Assembly (NCBI GenBank): GCA_910587775.1 | Contig: CAJUNF010000005.1 | Coordinates: 1-58,596 of the forward strand | Source: an uncultured Bacilli bacterium | GTDB lineage: Bacteria; Bacillota_I; Bacilli_A; RF39; UBA660 | Length of the DNA stretch: 58,596 bases | Direction: 5' to 3' | Part shown: positions 50,698 to 58,541 of the stretch, piece after piece | Layout of the letters: the number at the start of each line of letters is the position of its first letter | Position numbering within the stretch: position 1 is the stretch's first letter | The notes under the pieces: model-generated | The model's database searches: none | What the model saw: the letters and a program-made list of their open reading frames with translations, nothing else | Told to the model about the DNA's origin: nothing | Made by a program: the position numbers and the translations under genes

Positions 50698-52677
50698 TTA
50701 TTTTAATAAAGTTTCTACTTTTAATTTTAAACTTTGATAGTCAAAGCCCATCTTTTTGGCTACTTCATTTGGATGAGCACTGTACCCAAATTCATTAATA
50801 CCAATTACATAATCCTTATTTGTAGCAAATTGAGTCCAAATAAGAGGATTTTCTGCTGAAATTACAATACGTTTTACTATAGAAGGAAGAATTTCATTTT
50901 GGTATTCTTTTCCTTCACTTAAGAATAGTTCCATAGATACTACAGAAACGACACGAATATCTAATCCTATTTGTTCAAAATCATAAGACATTTGTAAGGC
51001 ATATAGTAGTTCACTACCAGAGCTAATTATTATTCCATCTAATTTTGACTTTTCCTTTTTTATAATATAAGCTCCTCTTTCTACTAATTTCGCATTACTA
51101 CCTGGTAATTTTGGTGTATCATTTTTGGTAATAATTAAAGCAGATGGTAAATTCTTTTTTAAAATACATTCCCATGATCCCATAACTTCCATTATGTCTC
51201 CTGGACGGTAACAGATTAAATTAGGTGTAGTATGAAGCATTGCAAGTTGTTCTACTGGTTGCATAATTGGTCCATCTTCACCAATGTGTATTGAGTCATG
51301 AGTAAAAATATAAGTTATAGGTAAATTCATAAAAGCCGATAATCTTAATGATGGTTTTAAATAATCTGCGTATACTAATTTACAACTTCCATAAACTTTC
51401 AAACCCACTAAAGACATACCATTTAATATACCTGCCATCGCTCTTTCTCTAGATCCGAAACGTATATTTCGACCTAACTTATTTTTATAACTTTGTTCTC
51501 CTGTATTATTTAAATAGGTTTGACATGAAGAAGAGGACTCAGCACTACCACCTAAAAATAAATTCGTTTTTCCCCCAATAATATTAAGTATTTTTAAATT
51601 TGTTTCTCTTAAAGATTCACGATAGTTATCATTTATTTTATAGTTATCACTATTAAAATCTATATATAATTGTTTTCTTTCTAATGTTTGTATTAATTCC
51701 ATTAAACGTGGATTTTGATTACTCTCTAATCTTTTATATAATTCTAGCCACTTACGATATTTCTTTTCTGTTCGGTCATTTATGCTTTTTTGAAAAAATA
51801 TAATACTATCTTTCGAAATTTCAAATGGTGGTAAAAATAAATTCCATTTTTTTCTTAAATTAGCAACATCATCGGTTGTTAAAGGTTTATTGTATACAAT
51901 ATTTTTATTTTCATTAAATGACTCTTTTCCCAACACTGTTTTAAAAATAAGTAAAGATGGTTTTCCACTTCTTTTGGCAGAAGATATAGCTTTATCAATA
52001 TCACGGACATTAGAGCCATCTTTTAAATAATCTACATAAAAACCTAGGGCTTGATATTTTCTAATTACATCTTCTTGAAATATCTCGTTAGTTGGTCCAT
52101 CTTCTGTAATTTGTGTAGAGTTATATAAAATTATTAAATTATCTAATTGTTGTGATCCTGCAAATGATAACGCTTCATTTGTAATGCCTTCCATAAAATC
52201 TGAGTCACTACATAAACAATAAACATAGTAATCTATTAGACGTAAACGATCGTCTTCGCTTTCTAAGACAGATTTAGTGTATCTCCTTGCAAGACTTAAA
52301 CCTACAGCACAAGAAATTCCTTCTCCACGTAATCCAGTAGTTGCATCAATTCCTGGAGTAAGGCCAAATTCTGGATGAGCTGGTGTAATACTGTCAATAG
52401 AACGATACTTCATTAAGTCTTCTTTTTTTATTTGATATCCAGCCATGTGTAGTACTGCATAAATCAAACTAGAAGCTTCTGCACATGAAACAACAACACG
52501 ATCATGATTTATCCAATTAGGATCATTTGGTCTTATATGAAGGTGTCTATGGTATAGCGCATACACAATGGGAGCCATGCTAAGAGCAATTCCAGGTGAC
52601 CCACTTCCTGCTCTAGTAATCATATCTATGCTTAATATTTTTAGTTCATTTAATGCACGAATATCATCCTGATTCAT
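50698..52677 (-). CDS. tkt: Transketolase-family protein with degenerate cofactor and catalytic motifs
   Basis: 659 aa, colinear with one-piece transketolases (TPAHPE, GSRERAM, THDSIHIGEDGP, C-terminal domain). However, SGHPG reads GSGSPG, GDG...DDN reads SDS...NST, and DGPTHQ reads DGPIMQ. Confidence 0.85.
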   Translation of the reverse strand: MNQDDIRALNELKILSIDMITRAGSGSPGIALSMAPIVYALYHRHLHIRPNDPNWINHDRVVVSCAEASSLIYAVLHMAGYQIKKEDLMKYRSIDSITPAHPEFGLTPGIDATTGLRGEGISCAVGLSLARRYTKSVLESEDDRLRLIDYYVYCLCSDSDFMEGITNEALSFAGSQQLDNLIILYNSTQITEDGPTNEIFQEDVIRKYQALGFYVDYLKDGSNVRDIDKAISSAKRSGKPSLLIFKTVLGKESFNENKNIVYNKPLTTDDVANLRKKWNLFLPPFEISKDSIIFFQKSINDRTEKKYRKWLELYKRLESNQNPRLMELIQTLERKQLYIDFNSDNYKINDNYRESLRETNLKILNIIGGKTNLFLGGSAESSSSCQTYLNNTGEQSYKNKLGRNIRFGSRERAMAGILNGMSLVGLKVYGSCKLVYADYLKPSLRLSAFMNLPITYIFTHDSIHIGEDGPIMQPVEQLAMLHTTPNLICYRPGDIMEVMGSWECILKKNLPSALIITKNDTPKLPGSNAKLVERGAYIIKKEKSKLDGIIISSGSELLYALQMSYDFEQIGLDIRVVSVVSMELFLSEGKEYQNEILPSIVKRIVISAENPLIWTQFATNKDYVIGINEFGYSAHPNEVAKKMGFDYQSLKLKVETLLK

Positions 52678-52734
52678 AATACACCTTCTTATTCTTTTAT
52701 AAGTATATCAAATTTTCAAAAATACTCCAATAAC

Positions 52735-53040
52735 TTATGCGTAATGTTGTGTCAGCATTTGATGATTTTCGTCTAAAAAGGCATCAAATATATTAATTTC
52801 TAATTTATAGCAAAGTGATAAGAGGACGGAAAAAATATTGGTTACATCTATTTTTTGAGAAATTTTATCTTCTTCAAACATATCTTTTGCTAAATCTATT
52901 ACTTTTTCAAATAATGAAAAAATTTCATCATCTAATAAACTATCATGATATTTTTCTTTCATAATATCTTCTACATATTTTTGAATAATCACTAAACTTC
53001 CTTTTGTTTTAATTTTCTTTAATAATTCTTTCTTGCACAT
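52735..53040 (-). CDS. Hypothetical small helical protein (101 aa; faint MazG-like pattern)
   Basis: ATG at 53040 after AAAGGGATGA, 15 nt downstream of the small membrane ORF, so probably co-transcribed with it. Confidence 0.65.
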   Translation of the reverse strand: MCKKELLKKIKTKGSLVIIQKYVEDIMKEKYHDSLLDDEIFSLFEKVIDLAKDMFEEDKISQKIDVTNIFSVLLSLCYKLEINIFDAFLDENHQMLTQHYA

Positions 53041-53054
53041 ATTATCATCCCTTT

Positions 53055-53210
53055 CTAATTTTGAAATGCAATTTCACTTTCTAAATAATTGATGGTAGTT
53101 TTATTTTGATTATTTAAATAACGACACCGTTCATTTAACATTAATACTCCTAAAATTATTATTCCGTAGAATAAAATTAATCCGCCATATTTTTTCATTA
53201 ATTCATTCAT
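53055..53210 (-). CDS. Small membrane protein (51 aa) in an SOS-box-controlled operon divergent from lexA; candidate YneA/SosA-type division inhibitor analogue
   Basis: Not in the ORF track because it is under 60 aa. The ATG at 53210 is preceded by AGAGGGAGTAAAA. Translation: MNELMKKYGGLILFYGIIILGVLMLNERCRYLNNQNKTTINYLESEIAFQN (one TM helix). The promoter contains a LexA box. Confidence 0.55.
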   Translation of the reverse strand: MNELMKKYGGLILFYGIIILGVLMLNERCRYLNNQNKTTINYLESEIAFQN

Positions 53211-53233
53211 TTTTACTCCCTCTTTCCAAATTC

Positions 53234-53262
53234 ATTTTATAACATACATGTGTTCGCGTCAA
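53234..53262 (-). promoter_or_regulatory. Sigma-A promoter with embedded LexA (Cheo) box for the small-ORF operon
   Basis: The minus strand reads TTGACG (53257-53262), a 17-nt spacer, then TAAAAT (53234-53239). The spacer holds CGAACACATGTATG (53243-53256), compared with the Firmicute consensus CGAAC-N4-GTTCG (left half perfect, right half 3/5). Confidence 0.6.
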
Positions 53263-53270
53263 TATATTTT

Positions 53271-53310
53271 TGAACAAATGTTTGACACTGTTTACAAACT
53301 ATGTTAAGAT
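53271..53310 (+). promoter_or_regulatory. lexA promoter with overlapping LexA box (autoregulation)
   Basis: TTGACA (53282-53287), a 17-nt spacer, then TGtTAAGAT (53302-53310). The box TGAACAAATGTTTG (53271-53284) has a GAAC-N4-GTTT core and overlaps the -35 element. Confidence 0.65.
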
Positions 53311-53328
53311 GTTAATGGGTGATTATAT

Positions 53329-53961
53329 ATGATTATAAATTCTGAAAAAACGCTTACCAAAAAGCAATCAGAAGTTTTAGATTATATCAAAAAATACACT
53401 GCTGAACACGGATACCCTCCAGCTATTCGAGAAATTGGTGCTGGGCTTGGTTTATCTAGTCCTGCTACAGTTCATACACATGTAAAAAAATTGGAAGAAG
53501 CTGGTGTTATTAAAACATCAAGTAATAAATTTCGTACCATTGAAATTTTAGTTGAGAATGAATATGAAAATAATGAGGACGATGTTATTAAAGTTCCACT
53601 ACTTGGAAAAGTAACTGCAGGCAATCCAATTGAAGCAATTGAACGTCCTAACGAATTTTTTGATTTACCAGCCACTTTAATTCCTTCAAAAGAAATTGTT
53701 TTCACTTTAGAAGTTAGTGGTGAATCTATGATTAATGCTGGTATATTTGATGGAGATTATGTTATTGTACAAAAGCAAAATACAGCAAGAAATGGCGATA
53801 TTGTTGTGGCTATGACCGAGGAAAACGAAGTTACTTTAAAAACATTTTATAAAGAAGATGGTCATATACGTCTTCAACCAGAAAATGATACTATGGCTCC
53901 TTTTATTTTTGAAAATGTTACCATATTAGGTAAAGCAATTGGTCTTTATCGAAAATTATAA
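53329..53961 (+). CDS. lexA: SOS repressor LexA
   Basis: 210 aa. Winged-HTH N-terminus (GYPPAIREIGAGLGLSSPATVHTHVKKLE), cleavage site AGNP, catalytic Ser in SGESM and Lys in VTLKTF. Confidence 0.95.
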   Translation: MIINSEKTLTKKQSEVLDYIKKYTAEHGYPPAIREIGAGLGLSSPATVHTHVKKLEEAGVIKTSSNKFRTIEILVENEYENNEDDVIKVPLLGKVTAGNPIEAIERPNEFFDLPATLIPSKEIVFTLEVSGESMINAGIFDGDYVIVQKQNTARNGDIVVAMTEENEVTLKTFYKEDGHIRLQPENDTMAPFIFENVTILGKAIGLYRKL

Positions 53962-53962
53962 G

Positions 53963-54000
53963 CAAAAAAAAATTAGTAAGCAAAATTACTAATTTTTTTT
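53963..54000. terminator. Bidirectional Rho-independent terminator between convergent lexA and the rhomboid gene
   Basis: AAAAAAAA-ATTAGTAA-gcaaa-TTACTAAT-TTTTTTTT (perfect 8-bp stem at 53972-53979 / 53985-53992), flanked by A and T runs. Confidence 0.75.
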
Positions 54001-55147
54001 ATCGAAAGAAAATGACATAACTTAAAAATAATAAGTAAATCGATAAAACAATACCTCCATTTAAACGGTCAGTTTTATTTGTTTTTCCATTTATTCCAAA
54101 GGTCATCATTGCTAAATAACCACCAATTAAACCACCTATGTGAGCAGCATTATCTACTCCTGTCATCATAAATCCTAAAATTAAATTGAATATAATTAAA
54201 GGTATGATCTGATTTTTTAAGACACTTCCTAAATATAAACGATAATGGTATCCAAAATATAATAATGCACCAAGGAGCCCAAATATAGCACCTGAAGCTC
54301 CTACACTTACATTAGTACTAAATACACAAGACATTAAATTTCCACTAATGGTACTAATGATATATATTCCTATAAACTTTCCTTTTCCAATATAATTTTC
54401 TACTTGTGTTCCAATTACAAATAAGGCATACATATTAAAAAGTAAATGAACAATACCTCCATGTAAGAACGCACTTGTTACAAGTCTTAAAATATTAATT
54501 CCCCCACTTTTTATAAGAGGTGCATAATTTGCTCCATATTTTAAAAGTGATAAAGCATCAAATTTTCCATTACTTCCTATAAATGTAATAAAAAATACTG
54601 TAATACATATTGCGATAATAATATTTGTAATAATGATTTTTTTTGGTTTAAATGTACTTTCGTATACTTTGTTTTCTTTTTCTGTTTTCTCATTAATATC
54701 TTTTGTAACATTTAAGATAAGATCCATTCCTGATGATTCATCTAATAACTTTAAATCAATATCTGGAAATGATTCTCCTTTTAATTTCTTTTTGGCATCT
54801 TTCACATTCTTAATTATAACTGAATTAATATGCTTTTCTTCTTTAATTTGTATGTTATCATTTACATCCAATAAAATATTTAATGTATTCATTGAAAATG
54901 AAACGGTTTTTCTCTTTATTTGACGCATTACATTGTTTATTTTAAAAACATCAAACTTATATTGTTCTTCATTATGAATATAATTTGCGTTAATTCGGAC
55001 TATTTTATAAGGACCATCCTGATTTTCTAACCAAATTTCATCTTTAACACCGTTTACAACAATTGGTGTATAATTTTTTTCTGTTACAAAATAATGGACT
55101 AAACGCATAATGATTTCATCTTTTTTATTCATTACAATTGTACTCAC
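53999..55147 (-). CDS. Rhomboid family intramembrane serine protease with about 170-aa cytoplasmic N-terminal domain (GluP/YqgP-like)
   Basis: HLLFNMYALF (H..xN), GASGAIFGLLGA (GxSG) and AHIGGLIGG (catalytic His). The start is taken as the GTG at 55147, 6 nt after AGGAGGG. The ORF-track extension to 55210 would cover the promoter (TTTACT-17-TAAAAT) and a hairpin. Confidence 0.88.
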   Translation of the reverse strand: MSTIVMNKKDEIIMRLVHYFVTEKNYTPIVVNGVKDEIWLENQDGPYKIVRINANYIHNEEQYKFDVFKINNVMRQIKRKTVSFSMNTLNILLDVNDNIQIKEEKHINSVIIKNVKDAKKKLKGESFPDIDLKLLDESSGMDLILNVTKDINEKTEKENKVYESTFKPKKIIITNIIIAICITVFFITFIGSNGKFDALSLLKYGANYAPLIKSGGINILRLVTSAFLHGGIVHLLFNMYALFVIGTQVENYIGKGKFIGIYIISTISGNLMSCVFSTNVSVGASGAIFGLLGALLYFGYHYRLYLGSVLKNQIIPLIIFNLILGFMMTGVDNAAHIGGLIGGYLAMMTFGINGKTNKTDRLNGGIVLSIYLLFLSYVIFFR

Positions 55148-55203
55148 GAAAGTCCCTCCTGTCAGTATTATTATTTTAATACATTTCATAAAATTAGTAA
55201 AGA

Positions 55204-55229
55204 GGAGCACTTAGTGCCATCCTTTTTTT
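55204..55229 (-). terminator. Hairpin between rluD and the rhomboid gene (terminator candidate; the T-run is better on the plus strand)
   Basis: GGAGCAC-tta-GTGC(ca)TCC at 55204-55222 with T7 at 55223-55229 on the plus strand. On the minus strand it is preceded by A7 and followed by TCTTTACT. Confidence 0.35.
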
Positions 55230-55277
55230 CATTAAAAGAAAAAAGAAATATTACTTTCTTTTATCACTTAAATTATT

Positions 55278-56189
55278 TTATTCTTGTAATCCTGTATCTT
55301 TTTCTTCTAAAGAATCCAAAAAGTCTTGAAAATATTTTGGTAAGTCAGAGGTAAAATGCATTTTTTCTTTAGTAATTGGATGAAGAAAGTCCAAATCTTT
55401 AGAATGAAGAAACTGACCAAATTCAGTACACTTTTTGTTTGTATACACAGGATCATTATAAACTGGGTAACCAATATATTTCATGTGAACTCTAATTTGG
55501 TGTGTTCTACCTGTTTCTAATTTTAATTCTACTAATGTATAATCAACAAATCTTTTTAAAACCGTTAAATGTGTTACAGCATGTTTTGAGTTATTTGCTG
55601 TTACAGTCATTCTTTTTCTATTTTCTGTATCTCTTCCGATTGGTGCATCAATTAATGCTTTACGATTTGGAAATTCTCCACTAATTAAAGCAATGTATTT
55701 TCGAACTACTTTTTTTTCTTTAAAATCTTGCGCTAATATTTGATGAGCTTGATTCGTTTTCGCAATCAACAGTAACCCACTGGTATCTTTATCAATTCGG
55801 TGAACAATACCTGGTCTTTCTGTTCCATTCATATCACTTAAATTTTCAGTATAATATAAAAGACCGTTTGCAAGTGTATTATTTAAATTTCCACTTCCTG
55901 GATGAACTACTAGTCCACTTGGCTTATCAACAACAATAATATCATTATCTTCATAAACAATATTTAAGTCCATTTTAACAGGTACTACTTTTGTTTCTGT
56001 TACAAGCTCTTTTACTATTTCAATTACGTCTTGTTCTTTTACTTGGTAACTAGCTTTTTCATGTTTTTTATTTACTAAAATACAGTCTTGATCTAGCATT
56101 TTTTCTATCCTACTTCTTGAGTAGTCTGTTACACTTGCTAAGTATTTATCTAAACGTATTCCATTATTTTCTACAATCCATGTTTTCAT
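55278..56189 (-). CDS. rluD: RluA/RluD-family 23S rRNA pseudouridine synthase
   Basis: 303 aa. S4 domain (RLDKYLA). Catalytic HRIDKDTSGLLL. Motif GRTHQIRVH. Overlaps lspA by 26 nt, as in the Bacillus lspA-ylyB arrangement. Confidence 0.9.
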   Translation of the reverse strand: MKTWIVENNGIRLDKYLASVTDYSRSRIEKMLDQDCILVNKKHEKASYQVKEQDVIEIVKELVTETKVVPVKMDLNIVYEDNDIIVVDKPSGLVVHPGSGNLNNTLANGLLYYTENLSDMNGTERPGIVHRIDKDTSGLLLIAKTNQAHQILAQDFKEKKVVRKYIALISGEFPNRKALIDAPIGRDTENRKRMTVTANNSKHAVTHLTVLKRFVDYTLVELKLETGRTHQIRVHMKYIGYPVYNDPVYTNKKCTEFGQFLHSKDLDFLHPITKEKMHFTSDLPKYFQDFLDSLEEKDTGLQE

Positions 56190-56640
56190 GATGATCTTCC
56201 CCCTTTAATATTGCAATCATTAATAAAATAATTCCTATAACTACTCCAATATCAGCTATATTAAAAATCGGATAATCGTATCCAAAAATTTTAAAATCTA
56301 AAAAGTCTCTTACATATCCAAATAACCAACGATCCATTAAATTTCCAATCATTCCACCTACTACTAATCCAAAGGCAAGGTTGTTTCTTTTATTAGAAAC
56401 AAATTGATACATAAAATGATAAATTACTGCAAGAGCTATTAGCGTAATTCCTATAATTAAAGGAATTTTATTATCTAACATGCTCCAAGCAATTCCATAA
56501 TTATTCATATAATGAATGGAAAAAAAATCTTTAAATATTATTAGTTCTTGATTTAATGTTAAAAATATTTCTACACAAACTTTAGATAACTGATCAAGAA
56601 AAAGCGTAATAGCTGCAATAATTAGAATTTTTCGATTCAT
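56164..56640 (-). CDS. lspA: Lipoprotein signal peptidase II
   Basis: 158 aa, 4 TM helices. Motifs: NYGIAWSM, GNLMDR, FNIADIGVVIG (catalytic Asp pair). Confidence 0.92.
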   Translation of the reverse strand: MNRKILIIAAITLFLDQLSKVCVEIFLTLNQELIIFKDFFSIHYMNNYGIAWSMLDNKIPLIIGITLIALAVIYHFMYQFVSNKRNNLAFGLVVGGMIGNLMDRWLFGYVRDFLDFKIFGYDYPIFNIADIGVVIGIILLMIAILKGEDHHENMDCRK

Positions 56641-56663
56641 AAGAAAACCTCTTGTTCATTATA

Positions 56664-56885
56664 TCATATTTCTACTAAGATAACATCTTCTCCAATTTTA
56701 TTTATTTGTTTAAATGTAACTGTTGTCTCTTCTGTACTAGTAAAGAAACGAAAAAAACGTTTTGGCTCTATTACTAGATATTCTATATTTCCAAGGCCAT
56801 CAATTTCTACATCGATAATTCTTCCTAATCTTCTACCATCTTTTAGGCTTACAACATCTTTTCTTTGTAAATCTGCAAGTCGCAT
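56664..56885 (-). CDS. ylmC: YlmC/YmxH family sporulation protein (PRC-barrel)
   Basis: 73 aa. Motif: MRLADLQRKDVVSLKDGRRLGRIIDVEID. Directly downstream of sigG. Confidence 0.85.
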   Translation of the reverse strand: MRLADLQRKDVVSLKDGRRLGRIIDVEIDGLGNIEYLVIEPKRFFRFFTSTEETTVTFKQINKIGEDVILVEI

Positions 56886-56919
56886 ATAACCACCTCTATA
56901 AACTATATGTATAGAGGTT

Positions 56920-57696
56920 TTATTTGATTAGCCTACGAATATTATTCATTGCACTTTTTTCAATTCTAGAAACTTGTGCTTGACTAATTCCTAAGCGATC
57001 TGCAATTTCCATTTGTGTTTTTCCAACAAGAAATCGTTCCATTAAAATATTTCTTTCACGTTCTTTTAATTTTTGGATTGCTCGATTCATTGAAATAATC
57101 ATATCACGATCTTTATTTTTTTCTTTTTTATCTGCTAATTGATCAAGTAAATATATTGTATCTCCTCCATCGTTATAAATAGGTTCAAAAATACTCATTG
57201 GTTCTTTTAACGAATCAAGTGCATAGGAAATTTTATATTCTTCAATATCTAATATTTTGGCTATTTCTGCATTCGTTGGTTCAAGTCCTTTTTCACTTAT
57301 ATAATCCTCTTTGCATTTTAATATTTGATAGGCAAGATCTTTAATACTTCTACTAACTCTTACACTTGTATTATCTCTAATGTATCTTTTTATTTCACCT
57401 AAAATTAATGGACAAGCATAAGTACTTAATTTTAAATTATAAGATAAATCAAAATTATCAATTGCTTTAATTAGTCCTATTACACCTACTTGAAATAAAT
57501 CATCTAAATTATATTTTGAATTATTAAATCGTTTTAAAATACTTAATACTAATTTTAGATTTCCATTTACTAATTGTTCTTTTGCATTTAAATCTCCATT
57601 TTGGTATTTTTTAAATAATTCTAATGTTTCACTACTTTTTAAGACTTTAATATTATTTGTATTTAATCCTGTTATATCTACTTTATATCGTGCCAC
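56920..57696 (-). CDS. sigG: Forespore-specific RNA polymerase sigma factor SigG
   Basis: 258 aa with a GTG start 7 nt after AAGGAGA. Matches B. subtilis SigG along its length (LVNGNLKLVLSILKRFNN, DDLFQVGVIGLIKAIDNFDL, IRVSRS, FEPIYNDGGD, GKTQMEIADRLGISQAQVSRIEK). Confidence 0.88.
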   Translation of the reverse strand: MARYKVDITGLNTNNIKVLKSSETLELFKKYQNGDLNAKEQLVNGNLKLVLSILKRFNNSKYNLDDLFQVGVIGLIKAIDNFDLSYNLKLSTYACPLILGEIKRYIRDNTSVRVSRSIKDLAYQILKCKEDYISEKGLEPTNAEIAKILDIEEYKISYALDSLKEPMSIFEPIYNDGGDTIYLLDQLADKKEKNKDRDMIISMNRAIQKLKERERNILMERFLVGKTQMEIADRLGISQAQVSRIEKSAMNNIRRLIK

Positions 57697-57823
57697 TAGT
57701 TAATCTCCTTTCAACTATCTGTTGGTTGAAAAAAGATTAATTTATTCAAAAAATTATTAATCTGATATAAAAAGTAGCTTTATTCGACTACATTTTCTTA
57801 TTTTTGCTATTTTTTTATGATAA

Positions 57824-57878
57824 AAATAAATAACCACGTCTAAAAGGCGTGGTATTCACACAGCCTATAAGGCTGAAA
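57824..57878. repeat. 55-bp direct repeat, copy 1 (contains two hairpins)
   Basis: AAATAAATAACCACGTCTAAAAGGCGTGGTATTCACACAGCCTATAAGGCTGAAA, with hairpins CCACG(c)C..GGCGTGG and CAGCC-tataa-GGCTG. Identical to 58542-58596. Confidence 0.9.
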
Positions 57879-57936
57879 TATTAGCCAGTCCACAAATGGA
57901 GACTGGCTTTTACTTCGTTCAAGCCCTATGCTATGA

Positions 57937-58392
57937 CTACTTCAATAAACCTTTAAAAGGGTTTATATATTCTTTCTTCGTTATTTTATCTTGCATCATA
58001 TCTTCATTTTCTTGTTCTTTTATATATTTCTTTATTGTTGCTTCATTTAACCCAACTGTGCTTACATAATATCCGGTAGCCCAGAAATTTCTACTTCCAA
58101 ACTTATATTTTAAATTGGTATGATTTTCAAAAATCATTAAAGAACTTTTACCTTTTAGATATCCCATAAAATATGACACACTCATTTTTGGTGGTATTTC
58201 TAACAATAGATGTACATGATCTGGCATCATGTGTCCTTCTATTATTTCTACACCTTTCCACTTACATAAATCTTTTATGTATTTTTGAATATCTTCTCTT
58301 AATTTATTATAAATTGCTTTTCTTCTAAATTTTGGAATGAAAACAATATGATACTTGCACATATATTTTGTATGTGCTAAACTTTTAGCCAT
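57937..58392 (-). CDS. tnpA: IS200/IS605 family Y1 (HUH) transposase TnpA
   Basis: 151 aa. Motifs: YHIVFIPKFRRK, HMMPDHVHLLLEIPP (HUH motif), GYYVSTVG (catalytic Tyr region). Confidence 0.92.
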   Translation of the reverse strand: MAKSLAHTKYMCKYHIVFIPKFRRKAIYNKLREDIQKYIKDLCKWKGVEIIEGHMMPDHVHLLLEIPPKMSVSYFMGYLKGKSSLMIFENHTNLKYKFGSRNFWATGYYVSTVGLNEATIKKYIKEQENEDMMQDKITKKEYINPFKGLLK

Positions 58393-58541
58393 GACATCTC
58401 TCCTTTCATGCTTAATATGGGCTTGAACAGCGACATATTATAGCATGCGAGATGTCATATTTGCTCTAAGCATTTTAATACCACTCGAATATCGAGTGGT
58501 TTTTTGATTATCTGCTACCGCAGATAACATCCTTAAAGGTT

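Larger units (their letters stand above)
57824..58541 (-). mobile_element. IS200/IS605-family insertion sequence (IS200-type, tnpA only), about 718 bp unit
   Basis: Single Y1 transposase gene flanked by hairpin-rich ends. The unit length is inferred from the 718-bp spacing of the 55-bp direct repeat (57824-57878 / 58542-58596). The exact ends are not determinable from one copy. Confidence 0.55.

Noticed and set aside
53472-53705. 77-aa ORF antisense to lexA
   Set aside because: It lies entirely within, and opposite to, the clearly recognisable lexA coding sequence, and has no expression signals.
57697-57823. Forespore (sigma-F/G) promoter upstream of sigG, for example GAATA-N16-CAGATTA around 57760-57787 or GAATA-N18-CAACAGA around 57715-57745
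   Set aside because: The spacing or the -10 match is off consensus in both candidates, and I cannot discriminate between them by eye. I therefore left them unannotated. A 4-bp hairpin GTAG..CTAC + T-run in the same region is too weak to call a terminator.
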